A DNA stretch of 43,903 nt from a virus (Duplodnaviria > Caudoviricetes): positions 1 to 43,903 of the IMG/VR virus record IMGVR_UViG_3300027271_000001, one strand, 5' to 3'. This document shows, piece by piece, positions 8,713 through 16,824 of the stretch; position 1 is the stretch's first letter; each line of letters opens with the position of its first letter. The notes under the pieces were generated by a model. It was not told the origin of the DNA. It did not search any database and saw only the letters and a program-made list of their open reading frames with translations. A program made the position numbers and the translations under genes.

Positions 8713-9687
8713 TCAAGCCGCCTCCGCCGGGATGGAAGGTTCATTGTCGATCTGCTTTTCGAAGAAGTCGGACGGAGACGCCGATAGGCCGCTTCCGTAA
8801 TAGGTGGGCCAGAAGCCAGACTGGAGGCATTCCGCGAAGATGTTCAGCGCGGCGCGGTTCTGGCGCTTGCCGTACCAGATATACTGATTGTCCAGCGGCT
8901 TGATGTTGTAGGCGTGTGGCCGCTTAGGCTCTATAAATAGGAGCACATGGTCTGTGACCTGGTAGCCCATCACCTCGTGGATAGCCGTCGAGATCAGCGC
9001 CATCTGCTGGTGGTAGCCGAACTTCTTGATAGCGTTCAGGCAGCCTCGTTCACTGGCGTCAGCCGTTGTCTTGAGGTCCGCGATCACGGTATCCGCCGGG
9101 ATGCTGTCGGGACGTGCCTTCACCCAGACGCCGGTGCGGTCCTGATAGATGATGCTCCGCTCGATATCGCCGCGCAGGTGGTCGACAAACGTTCGGTCAT
9201 TCGCAACACGGTTCGCCATGCCTTCGATCTGTTCAAGATGTTCCGGCACCAGAACGACCTTGCCGGCCTTGATCTGAGATTCTCGCCATTCCTTCGCGTC
9301 GTTGGTGCGCCAGTCTTTGAATTTGGTGGGGCGGACAGAATAGATGGCGCGGAAGTCATCTTCTCCCAGCAGAAGCGTGTGCACAGCCTTGCCGAGCGAA
9401 AAGTGATCTTTCGGTTCCTCTGGGGCGCGATCCGGATTGAGGTAGCTGTTGTCCCAATATTTGAGCGGGCAGCCATCCGGCGGCGCGATCTCACGCAGAC
9501 CGGAAGACGAAATAGACGGCCCTGCGCAGCAATCCGAGTGATAGGAATCTATTGGCAGGCCAGAGATGACACCGGGCTTATCGATCGTTTTTCCGTCCCA
9601 GATGCGGACGAAGGAGTGCCGGCGCGCCATCTTGGCGCCAAGAGCCCCGATGGACTGCATCGCATCTGTGTCGAGATCGGTCATCAC
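8713..9687 (-). CDS. RecE/exonuclease VIII-like PD-(D/E)XK nuclease (DUF3799-like)
   Basis: SISSSGLR, LGKAVHTLLL, KARPD, IADLKTT, GYHQQ. Confidence 0.88.
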   Translation of the reverse strand: MMTDLDTDAMQSIGALGAKMARRHSFVRIWDGKTIDKPGVISGLPIDSYHSDCCAGPSISSSGLREIAPPDGCPLKYWDNSYLNPDRAPEEPKDHFSLGKAVHTLLLGEDDFRAIYSVRPTKFKDWRTNDAKEWRESQIKAGKVVLVPEHLEQIEGMANRVANDRTFVDHLRGDIERSIIYQDRTGVWVKARPDSIPADTVIADLKTTADASERGCLNAIKKFGYHQQMALISTAIHEVMGYQVTDHVLLFIEPKRPHAYNIKPLDNQYIWYGKRQNRAALNIFAECLQSGFWPTYYGSGLSASPSDFFEKQIDNEPSIPAEAA

Positions 9688-9875
9688 ACCAACCCTTTCT
9701 CAATTGCCAGCTGTTCGGGGAGCGTCACGTCGTATTCATTGACGCGGCCTGTGGTCCTCAGATCCACAAGTGAGAACGGCAACCATGCTTCGTTCTCGTC
9801 GTCTGTGGTCACGAGGATCGCGCGCTCTGTCATGTGTTTCGCTCGAACGCGAAGGTCGATCAGGTCGGATTTCAT
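9684..9875 (-). CDS. Conserved-looking small phage protein
   Basis: TERAILV...WLPFS...VTLPEQLAIEKGLV. Confidence 0.75.
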   Translation of the reverse strand: MKSDLIDLRVRAKHMTERAILVTTDDENEAWLPFSLVDLRTTGRVNEYDVTLPEQLAIEKGLV

Positions 9876-9885
9876 CACTTTGGCC

Positions 9886-9990
9886 TCAGTGCGGTGTCTC
9901 AAAGAACCCGGTGACCGCCGCGCAAAGCACGATCATGACAATGGCGCGGGCCGTGGGGTGCGAAAGAAAGGGGAGGAGGGAGCTAAGCAT
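9886..9990 (-). CDS. 34-aa membrane peptide (absent from the ORF track)
   Basis: MLSSLLPFLSHPTARAIVMIVLCAAVTGFFETPH; fills the gap between two operon genes. Confidence 0.5.
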   Translation of the reverse strand: MLSSLLPFLSHPTARAIVMIVLCAAVTGFFETPH

Positions 9991-10318
9991 TGGTGCGGCC
10001 CTCGGCTTTGGAAATAGCGGCGCGGGCGCGGTCCATTATGTAGTCGAAGTCCCGGATCACATCATCGAACGTGCGTTGCGGGTTTGGGCTGGCAACCTTG
10101 TTGATTGACCTCAACGCCTCCAGCATTGCCTCGTTGACGCCCTCCGGCTCCACGGGCGCGGGGTAAGCCGCCTCCAGCGTAAGGACGATTTCGGAGTTCA
10201 TAGAGCGCGAGTTTGCTATCGCGTGTGAGTTGATGCGCCGGTGAAGATCGGGTGTCACTCTGAGCATGAACTGCTTATCGTAGCGCCGACCAATTGTGTT
10301 CGGGTTCCCGCTCATCAC
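9983..10318 (-). CDS. Arc-family ribbon-helix-helix DNA-binding protein
   Basis: QFMLRVTPDLHRRINSHAIANSRSMNSEIV. Confidence 0.8.
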   Translation of the reverse strand: MMSGNPNTIGRRYDKQFMLRVTPDLHRRINSHAIANSRSMNSEIVLTLEAAYPAPVEPEGVNEAMLEALRSINKVASPNPQRTFDDVIRDFDYIMDRARAAISKAEGRTNA

Positions 10319-10494
10319 GCTGCCCTCTCGTTCTCAAGCGCGAGCAATTCGCGTCCATAGCGATCAGCCTCGGCCTTCATTTCTTTTGCGATCTTGAATT
10401 CGCCGGCTTCAATCAGAGCGAGAGCCCTGTTGATCGCCTTGGCTTCTCTGAGCGCGAGCTTGGCGCGCTTGATGCTCAGGGGGAGGGAGGTCAT
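10315..10494 (-). CDS. Hypothetical protein (59 aa)
   Basis: MTSLPLSIKRAK...; GAGGAG RBS; coupled to the next gene. Confidence 0.65.
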   Translation of the reverse strand: MTSLPLSIKRAKLALREAKAINRALALIEAGEFKIAKEMKAEADRYGRELLALENERAA

Positions 10495-10505
10495 GCGAAA
10501 TCTCC

Positions 10506-11027
10506 TCACGCCAGATTGAGTGTTTTGGGGAGCGGGTAGGGTTCCGATCTGTGATCTGAATGGTTCCAACAGCGCTTGATCTCGCCGGACATCTCGACCT
10601 TCTCCGCGCCGCCAAGAAACCGTGCTGTGTCTGGGAAACGCTTCTGCAGGTGCTCCGGAAGCGTCGATCCCGACCAAAGGTCGAACGTGGTAATCCGCTT
10701 GCCTGCAAAGGCCGAAGGATCGATATACTCGATATCGAAACGGCGACCTGCCATGCCGCGGAATGAGCCACTGGTTCGACTTCCGGGGCCATAGATGTGG
10801 CCGTCAATTATCGTCATCCGCGCGTGATCGCGCTCCAGACGCCTTTCTTCTTCCCGCCAATAGTCGCAACTCCAGCAGAGACGGCTTTCGAGCATCCGTG
10901 AACCGATGGGCTCCATGTACGTATTGCGCGCATCTCCGCCGCACGACGAGCACGTATATGAATAGTGCTGGCTGCCGTTGATGCCCTTCGAGTCGAGCGG
11001 GGTCAGTCCTTCAAGTGAAGCCATCAC
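10506..11027 (-). CDS. Hypothetical protein with two CxxC pairs
   Basis: CSSC...CWSC; coupled ORF. Confidence 0.7.
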   Translation of the reverse strand: MMASLEGLTPLDSKGINGSQHYSYTCSSCGGDARNTYMEPIGSRMLESRLCWSCDYWREEERRLERDHARMTIIDGHIYGPGSRTSGSFRGMAGRRFDIEYIDPSAFAGKRITTFDLWSGSTLPEHLQKRFPDTARFLGGAEKVEMSGEIKRCWNHSDHRSEPYPLPKTLNLA

Positions 11028-11323
11028 GCCGCATCCCTCTGATCGTCCAGAACCGAAGCAAGAAGCGCATCGTCGCCTTCTGCGATCTGGATAATCTCGT
11101 GGCCCATTTGAGCCATGAGAGGCGTTGCTGCCTCGCAGAACGTCGAGACGTAATTGCTCGGCTCGCGATAGTCAGACGCGTCGAACAGCACGTCATTGAC
11201 GTTCAGGAGCCATTCGCCATTGAGGCGATCACGCTCGGCCTCAACATCAATCCGACATTCAACCGAGAGCCAGGTCTTGCCGTTCGGTAGGGGTAAGTCT
11301 GCGCTGTAATCGATGATGGTCAT
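11024..11323 (-). CDS. Hypothetical acidic protein
   Basis: MTIIDYSADL...; RBS upstream. Confidence 0.7.
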   Translation of the reverse strand: MTIIDYSADLPLPNGKTWLSVECRIDVEAERDRLNGEWLLNVNDVLFDASDYREPSNYVSTFCEAATPLMAQMGHEIIQIAEGDDALLASVLDDQRDAA

Positions 11324-11387
11324 TGCCTTCATCCTTCGTTGTGAAAAGCGTTCGGGAATGGGGCGCGGACGCCCCTGACCGGAGCGC

Positions 11388-11594
11388 TTAGGAAGCTGGA
11401 AATCGGGTTGCGTCGGCGTGCATCCAACGCCATTCGTCAACTTGGCGCTCAAGCTGCTCGATGCGGTCGTCTGTGAGATCGTCGTAGTGGGTGTCGGCCA
11501 GCCGGGAGACCAAGCGATGGAGCCGGTCACGGGGCTTGATGATGTGCGTTTCGAGCAGGTACTCGTTCGCAACCGGTTTGAGGGCGGCGCTCAT
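11388..11594 (-). CDS. Hypothetical protein
   Basis: MSAALKPVANEY...; TGATG coupling. Confidence 0.65.
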   Translation of the reverse strand: MSAALKPVANEYLLETHIIKPRDRLHRLVSRLADTHYDDLTDDRIEQLERQVDEWRWMHADATRFPAS

Positions 11595-11794
11595 CACGCG
11601 CCCGCCATGTGCATGGTGGATACCTTGTGATCGAAGCGACCGCCGTGGACGCTGGCGTATGAGGCCTTCACCGCTTCGGCTTCTGTCGAGTAATCCGCAA
11701 CGCGGCGGCCAGTGAACCAATCTTCAACGCGATAGAACGTCTTCGGATAGTTCGCGGGGATCAGTCCAAGTTCATCAAGCTGAAGCTGCATCAT
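11594..11794 (-). CDS. First gene of the PL operon, hypothetical
   Basis: MMQLQLDELG...; GGAGAGAG RBS; directly downstream of PL. Confidence 0.65.
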   Translation of the reverse strand: MMQLQLDELGLIPANYPKTFYRVEDWFTGRRVADYSTEAEAVKASYASVHGGRFDHKVSTMHMAGA

Positions 11795-11847
11795 CTCTCT
11801 CCATCTCCGTTTCATGGATCGGGTGATCCCCGGTGTTGATGGAAATG

Positions 11848-11876
11848 ACTGTAGCGGTAAAAAAACCGACTGACAA
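11848..11876 (-). promoter_or_regulatory. PL promoter
   Basis: Minus strand TTGTCA-17 bp-TACAGT with an operator in the spacer. Confidence 0.8.
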
Positions 11877-11897
11877 GAGAAATCGGTAATTAAACCG
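11855..11897. promoter_or_regulatory. OL operators (two CGGT-N6-ACCG palindromes)
   Basis: CGGTAAAAAAACCG at 11855-11868 and CGGTAATTAAACCG at 11884-11897; same motif as between cI and cro. Confidence 0.85.
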
Positions 11898-11928
11898 AAA
11901 ATATTTGACACGCCTTTGCGATTGCGCG

Positions 11929-11964
11929 AAAAGAAAAACCCCGGCAGCGATTTGCTGGCCGGGG
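11929..11964 (-). terminator. Terminator for a leftward transcript (candidate sRNA)
   Basis: CCCCGGC...GCCGGGG stem followed by TTTTTCTTTT on the minus strand. Confidence 0.85.
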
Positions 11965-12020
11965 CGATAACGAGAGCGGAAGGTTGAAGACTGTGGCGCT
12001 CTCGGGTCACATAAGCAGTG
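11929..12020 (-). ncRNA. Candidate ~90-nt antisense sRNA
   Basis: Bounded by a minus-strand promoter (12026-12055) and the terminator; contains the CGAGAGCG/CGCTCTCG hairpin; no ORF fits. Confidence 0.55.
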
Positions 12021-12300
12021 GCTTATGCATACCACAGGGCGCGGACAAAGTGCAATCCCCACTCCGAAAGACCGAAGGGGAGTCCGCCGTGGCCTTGCCA
12101 GAGGCAACGAAAAAGTGCGGTCGAGGGTTGGCGCTGGTTATGACCAACTCGGAAGGGCGATAGGCGGCTCGGTCGTTCAGAATCGTCCAGCATAGGGGCT
12201 AACCTCGGATGCTCTCAGAGCACGGGGCTTAGTCCTCCTATGTTCGGGCTCCTGGCTCTCCATCATTCAGAACCAAGATAATCTCAGACGTAGAGATAGC
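11935..12300 (+). ncRNA. Candidate long structured RNA / replication-origin region
   Basis: Run of at least 7 adjacent or nested hairpins, with G-U pairs favouring the + strand; no convincing ORF; ends approximate. Confidence 0.5.
12026..12055 (-). promoter_or_regulatory. Promoter for the candidate antisense sRNA
   Basis: Minus strand TTGCAC-18 bp-TATGCA with extended -10 TG. Confidence 0.55.
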
Positions 12301-12354
12301 TCATACGTTGAAGGTTTTTCTCTGTAGGAAAGGGGAGATTGAGAAGGGAGGGGC

Positions 12355-12379
12355 AAAAGAAAACCCCGCCGGAGCGGGG
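12355..12379 (-). terminator. Terminator of the cI (lysogeny) operon
   Basis: CCCCGC-TCCG-GCGGGG followed by TTTTCTTTT on the minus strand. Confidence 0.85.
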
Positions 12380-12388
12380 CTGCCCTGA

Positions 12389-12892
12389 TTATGCGGCAAT
12401 CTTGTCAACGTTCCTGACGAAGCGTTTCCACTTCCTTCCGATCTCTACTGAATTTCGAGTCTGAAGGCTCCTGGCTTTGATCGTCCATTCTGGCTTGAGC
12501 GTTAGATCTCCAATGTCGAAATATTCAACGCGATCCCCTGGCGGGACATGTTTGGGGTTCATGTTCTTGTCCCAAACATGAAATGTCCCATCAGACAGTG
12601 CAGCGCCAACATAGCGCTCACTAATTGACTGATGGATGCTGTGCAGCCTCACTACGAAAGGATCAATCTCCTTGGGAGTGATCGATGCGTTGTAGGCCCT
12701 GAGCAACTGTTTTGAGATTTCAAGAGGGCCGGTGTAGTCGAAGAAGTCTGTAACTAGGACCAGCACATGTCGCTTCTCGGTCTTGTCGAATGCCCAAAAA
12801 AGGGCATGCGGGTCGAGACCAAGCGCGATCAACGCATCGCCATATTCGCGACCGGCGGCTAAGAACTTTTCGTCAATTTCTGGCGCAGCCAT
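12389..12892 (-). CDS. Uncharacterised partner of the HEPN protein
   Basis: 167 aa; overlaps the HEPN gene by 34 bp; ALFWAF...VLVLVTDFFDYTGP. Confidence 0.75.
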   Translation of the reverse strand: MAAPEIDEKFLAAGREYGDALIALGLDPHALFWAFDKTEKRHVLVLVTDFFDYTGPLEISKQLLRAYNASITPKEIDPFVVRLHSIHQSISERYVGAALSDGTFHVWDKNMNPKHVPPGDRVEYFDIGDLTLKPEWTIKARSLQTRNSVEIGRKWKRFVRNVDKIAA

Positions 12893-13284
12893 GTTGCAAC
12901 TCCATCCGCCCCAAAAGCGGCATCCACATATGAACGAGCGACTTTCCGGGGCATCGGTCTAGGGTCATAACCCTGATTTCGGTTCCATTGTAGCATGATA
13001 TGCCAATGTGGTGCAGAGGGTTCCGTGGGGTCCACTTTAATTCCGGCTACGGTCCGCAATGTCACAAGGCTATGGGTATACAAATCTGGGCGGGCTTCTC
13101 TTGAGGGCCATTGATTGAACCGTTCCTGGTGCCAAATATAGGCCTTCAGCGCGCATTCAACAGCAAACCCAGCATGTTGAACTGCTTGCGCGCAAGCCTT
13201 TTTGTCTTCGACGATTGCCATCGCTGCTCGCTCGTGTTGGCGGCATAACGCAAGCCAATCTGTAATCGACTGAGGATGGCTCAA
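12859..13284 (-). CDS. HEPN-domain protein
   Basis: AVQHAGFAVECALKA...YTHSLVTL signature of the HEPN family. Confidence 0.75.
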   Translation of the reverse strand: MSHPQSITDWLALCRQHERAAMAIVEDKKACAQAVQHAGFAVECALKAYIWHQERFNQWPSREARPDLYTHSLVTLRTVAGIKVDPTEPSAPHWHIMLQWNRNQGYDPRPMPRKVARSYVDAAFGADGVATWLRQKLTKSS

Positions 13285-13286
13285 CC

Positions 13287-13568
13287 CTAATCCTCATCAT
13301 CCAGATCATCGACCTCGATCATTCCAGCCGAGATTCCCCAATCGATCAGGATGGAGTTGACCGCCTCATCCATGTTCAGGTCGTGCTCTTTCGCAAACTC
13401 ATCGACCATTTCGGAAGCCTCCGGTATCAGCGTGACATAGCCAACTGGCACCATGCGACCGTCGAGGCGAAGCGCAGCCCGGCGGAGCAGAACCTGGATT
13501 TCGGAGCGCGAAAGCTCTTCCAGTCTATCGGCAGCTTCCATCAGTTGGGCAGAGAGCTTGTCGGTCAT
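13287..13568 (-). CDS. Small acidic protein, possible C-terminal RHH/CopG-like domain
   Basis: VTLIPEASEMVDEFAKEHDLNMDEAVNSIL; ATGA coupling. Confidence 0.55.
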   Translation of the reverse strand: MTDKLSAQLMEAADRLEELSRSEIQVLLRRAALRLDGRMVPVGYVTLIPEASEMVDEFAKEHDLNMDEAVNSILIDWGISAGMIEVDDLDDED

Positions 13569-13900
13569 GTCGTTGACTTCAAGTTGTCGGGTAGCGGCAA
13601 ACTGCTACACCGAAGATGCATCTCTCGAGCGAATAGGCGTCGGCGCTCTTCTTGGTTAGCATCCGCTGCCGCAGCGATAGGCAAGCCAAATGGGCCGAGC
13701 AAAAGTCCCGAAGCCATACCCACGGCCATCCGTTCGCCAACCTTATCATCGAAGTGGAGCGCCGACAGCCGTATTTGCTGGCAAGCGGGGCTCTCCCATT
13801 TGGGGTCTTTCACCGATAGCGTCGTTGCATAGTCGGCAGGAGTGGTGGTGCAGGCGCTCAGTATCCCGGCGGCTGCCAAAGCAAACAAACGGCGCGCCAT
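13565..13900 (-). CDS. Lipoprotein with glycine-zipper-like segment
   Basis: MARRLFALAAAGILSAC lipobox; GMASGLLLGPFGLPIAA. Confidence 0.75.
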   Translation of the reverse strand: MARRLFALAAAGILSACTTTPADYATTLSVKDPKWESPACQQIRLSALHFDDKVGERMAVGMASGLLLGPFGLPIAAAADANQEERRRLFAREMHLRCSSLPLPDNLKSTT

Positions 13901-13903
13901 GGT

Positions 13904-14257
13904 TCACGCGCCAACGTCTTTGCCAAACTTGAATTCGCCTGTCGTTCCGTCGCTGAAGACGCCGGTTCCGCCACCGCTCAAGAGGTCATCGTTGCGCACG
14001 ATATGGATCGTCCCTGACCTGCCATCCGTGCATTTGAACGGAATGTCGAATTCCTTCGCTTTGGAAAACTGGTCGTAATTGCCGGAGCAGATAACATTCT
14101 GCGCGTTCGTCACCTGAAACGTGCCGGCAGACATCGTTGCGATGGCCTGCCCATAGAACAATTCGCCCGTCGATGTGGTTCCAGACGCTGGAACTGTTAT
14201 CGATCCGCAAGCCGACAGCGGTAAGGCCATAGCGGCCACGACTGCAATCTTCCTCAT
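13904..14257 (-). CDS. Lipoprotein, putative superinfection exclusion
   Basis: MRKIAVVAAMALPLSAC lipobox; beta-rich with a Cys pair; directly downstream of cI. Confidence 0.75.
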   Translation of the reverse strand: MRKIAVVAAMALPLSACGSITVPASGTTSTGELFYGQAIATMSAGTFQVTNAQNVICSGNYDQFSKAKEFDIPFKCTDGRSGTIHIVRNDDLLSGGGTGVFSDGTTGEFKFGKDVGA

Positions 14258-14278
14258 AACTTCCCCCACCCGTTGAAA

Positions 14279-14971
14279 TTAAGCCCTGAGCTTCAACTGC
14301 CCCTGAATGCCTCCTTGGCGCTCAATGGTGTTGACCATGCGCCGAAGCTGGTTTGCACGGATCGTGACGTAGATCTCGCCCACCCACTCGATCTGTTGGT
14401 TTTCTATGGGGTGAGCATTCCAAGACTCCAGCGTATACCCGCCTTGCGAGCCTCGCCGGATGGTCTTGAGAAATCGTCTGCCGTCGCCGGTCCTGACCGC
14501 AGCTTCTTCCCCAAGGAAGGAATCGGTCGCGCGCTTTTGTTCGCGCCAGACGATAATGACGTCGCCTTCATCATAGCGCGGGAGCATCGAAATCCCTTGG
14601 ACTTGGAATGCAACCATGTCGCCAGGGAGTGGAATCGCCAATGTGATTTGATCGAGCCCTTCCGGCGGCACCTGCTCGAAGTCAGGCTCAACCTCAGCCC
14701 CGGCCCCGACATAGCCCATGACTGGAACCATGCCGATAGTCTCTTCCGGGCCAACTTCTTCCGTCAGCCAAGAGACAGTCGTGTTCAGAACAGGGGCAAG
14801 CGCGGATAGTGTTCTGGTTGATGCGCCGCTTCCGGTCTTCCCGGCTTCAACCGCGCGGCGCATGTTTCTGATTGCATCGGCGCTCAAGCCCGCCTTCTTC
14901 GCGGCGGCAGATTCCGATAGGCCTACGGCCTCAAGGCGTTTGTTTATTCGGCGGAGAACATCTTCAAGCAT
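14279..14971 (-). CDS. cI: CI-like repressor (HTH plus S24 peptidase)
   Basis: GLSESAAAKKAGLSADAIRN HTH; VGAG cleavage site; GISMLPRY Ser and FLKT Lys; divergent from cro. Confidence 0.92.
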   Translation of the reverse strand: MLEDVLRRINKRLEAVGLSESAAAKKAGLSADAIRNMRRAVEAGKTGSGASTRTLSALAPVLNTTVSWLTEEVGPEETIGMVPVMGYVGAGAEVEPDFEQVPPEGLDQITLAIPLPGDMVAFQVQGISMLPRYDEGDVIIVWREQKRATDSFLGEEAAVRTGDGRRFLKTIRRGSQGGYTLESWNAHPIENQQIEWVGEIYVTIRANQLRRMVNTIERQGGIQGQLKLRA

Positions 14972-14973
14972 GC

Positions 14974-15045
14974 CGGTATGAAAACCGAACTGGCCTTTTG
15001 AAGCTATCGGTAAGATAACCGTTGACATTATCGGTAAAATAACCG
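14974..15045. promoter_or_regulatory. OR operators (three CGGT-N6-ACCG) and PR promoter
   Basis: Sites at 14974-14987, 15008-15021 and 15032-15045; TTGACA at 15022-15027 and AATACT at 15046-15051. Confidence 0.85.
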
Positions 15046-15058
15046 AATACTGGTTTCT

Positions 15059-15301
15059 ATGAACCAGATCAGCCACCTACTCAAGCTCGCGGACGCGTAC
15101 ATCGAGGCAACCTCCATCAAGGAGGTGACCTTGAGCCACCGTCTTTTTGGAGACAGCAAAAAAATCGGCGCAATGAGGGCCGGTGCTGACATCACGATCA
15201 GCCGGTTCAACAGCGCGATCAGATGGTTTTCCGACAATTGGCCGGATGGTGCTGACTGGCCTGAGCAGATTATGCGTCCTGCCTCGGAGAACGCGGCATG
15301 A
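15059..15301 (+). CDS. Cro-like regulator
   Basis: 80 aa, divergent from cI; TLSHRLFGDSKKI...WFSDNWP. Confidence 0.8.
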   Translation: MNQISHLLKLADAYIEATSIKEVTLSHRLFGDSKKIGAMRAGADITISRFNSAIRWFSDNWPDGADWPEQIMRPASENAA

Positions 15302-16092
15302 TCGAGTTCCAGCAAACACAGCAGCAAGCCGCCGTCATTCCGTTCAACGAGAATTCGCTCACCGGACTGGTGAAGCGCGCGGCAACGCAGCTTGCGAGCG
15401 CTTCCAGTGCTGCCGAGGTGTTGGAAGCGAAGGATGCCGCATCGGTCGCCTACGACGCTTCTAAGAAAGCGGCGCGGCTCGCAAAGGTAAAAGGCGCTCA
15501 CGATGAGGTAGTCGCCAAGGCGCACCGCGCACAGGCTGATGCTCTTGAGATCGAAGCCGCAGCGAAGCGCCGTCTGGCCGACGAATACGATGCGGCGCAG
15601 GAGCGAGGGGAGATTGGCAAGCGTGGTGACTACGGCGTCGTAAGTTCCAAAAGGGAACTTACGCCTGCGACTGCTTCCGACCTTGGCCTTTCCCGAAAGG
15701 AAGTCCACGAAGCCCGCCAAATCAGGGACGCCGAAAAGGTGGAACCTGGCATCACGCGGCGCATCCTCGACAGCCGCCTCAAAGCGAAGCAGGAGCCGAC
15801 AAAGGCCGCGCTGCGCGAAGCGGTAATGGAAGCCGCCAAGCAGGGCATTCGCGGTGATCCCGCTCCGAACCGAAAGAACCCCCACTACAAAGCCCCGTCG
15901 AAGGCTGGCGCTGCGTGGACGCATGTCTACGGCACCTGCCGCGCTCTCGCGGAATGGGCAACGGACGAAAATTTGCTGCTCGCCCTGCATGGTCTGCATG
16001 AGCGCACCGACGATCAGGCCGCGAATATCGCCGCTGTCCAGAAGGCTGTCGCCACCCTCAACAAGTTTCTCGGAGACATCAATGCTCACTGA
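15298..16092 (+). CDS. Hypothetical coiled-coil/HTH protein
   Basis: RRLADEYDAAQERGE...DLGLSRKEVHEAR; ATGA coupling to cro. Confidence 0.75.
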   Translation: MIEFQQTQQQAAVIPFNENSLTGLVKRAATQLASASSAAEVLEAKDAASVAYDASKKAARLAKVKGAHDEVVAKAHRAQADALEIEAAAKRRLADEYDAAQERGEIGKRGDYGVVSSKRELTPATASDLGLSRKEVHEARQIRDAEKVEPGITRRILDSRLKAKQEPTKAALREAVMEAAKQGIRGDPAPNRKNPHYKAPSKAGAAWTHVYGTCRALAEWATDENLLLALHGLHERTDDQAANIAAVQKAVATLNKFLGDINAH

Positions 16093-16567
16093 CAAACTCC
16101 GCGTTTTTCATGAGGCGGTGAATGCCGCCATTGGTGAAGTTGGCAAGAGCGCCGCCAAGATCGCGGATCGCGTCATTGCCGACGCCTTCCCGGAAACTGC
16201 CGATGCAGCCGAACGCGAAGGCGCGGACAAGATGCTCCGGCAGGGTGTCATTGCGAAGATCACGTCGATGCTGACGAAGGGCGGCAGCGATCCAGACCAG
16301 TCTGATTTCTGCGAGATCGCCGACGACTTCATGCCAATCGTTGAGCGGCTTCACAGCCACAGCCACTACGTTCCTCTTCCTGACGTGCAGGAATACGTGC
16401 ATGTCAGCCTCCTGATCCAGAACCCGGGATGGCTCGACGCGGCGCGCAAATTCAAACGCCAGAAGGGCGAAGAAACCCTCGCAGAGGCCAAGGTCCTCGA
16501 TGAGTTGTACGAGGCCGTCTCCCGAACTCACACCCCCGCCCCACAAAGCCCAGAGGCCGCGGCATGA
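16082..16567 (+). CDS. Hypothetical protein
   Basis: MLTDKLRVF...; GGAG RBS. Confidence 0.7.
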   Translation: MLTDKLRVFHEAVNAAIGEVGKSAAKIADRVIADAFPETADAAEREGADKMLRQGVIAKITSMLTKGGSDPDQSDFCEIADDFMPIVERLHSHSHYVPLPDVQEYVHVSLLIQNPGWLDAARKFKRQKGEETLAEAKVLDELYEAVSRTHTPAPQSPEAAA

Positions 16568-16824
16568 GCATCGCCCATCTTATCGAAAGCTCGAATGGGT
16601 GCCTCGTCATGGGGCTGGATGTAAACTCCGAGCGCCTGACCTTTTCTCTCGAAAGTCTGCCACACCTTCTTGGCCGCGGTGATCTCACGACGCTCAAACG
16701 TGCGCTGTACACCGCCCTTGGTGATCTTCCGGACGTTCGGAAGGCACCGGGCGAGACGGAAGGCGAGCACATTGCCCGCATGATCCGTCTCGCATCCGGC
16801 CTCCGGTACAATGTGGAGGCTTAG
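16564..16824 (+). CDS. Hypothetical protein
   Basis: ATGA coupling. Confidence 0.6.
   Translation: MSIAHLIESSNGCLVMGLDVNSERLTFSLESLPHLLGRGDLTTLKRALYTALGDLPDVRKAPGETEGEHIARMIRLASGLRYNVEA

Noticed and set aside
12025-12195. 56-aa + strand ORF (MHTTGRGQ...) as a type I toxin
   Set aside because: No RBS, not hydrophobic, and the region is better explained by RNA structure; not fully excluded
14974-15045. Spaced repeats as a mini CRISPR array
   Set aside because: 14-bp palindromes with 10-20 bp gaps overlapping promoters; these are repressor operators, and no cas genes are present
14972-15076. N-terminal extension of cI in the ORF track
   Set aside because: It overlaps the operators, PR and cro; the HTH domain begins at ATG 14971
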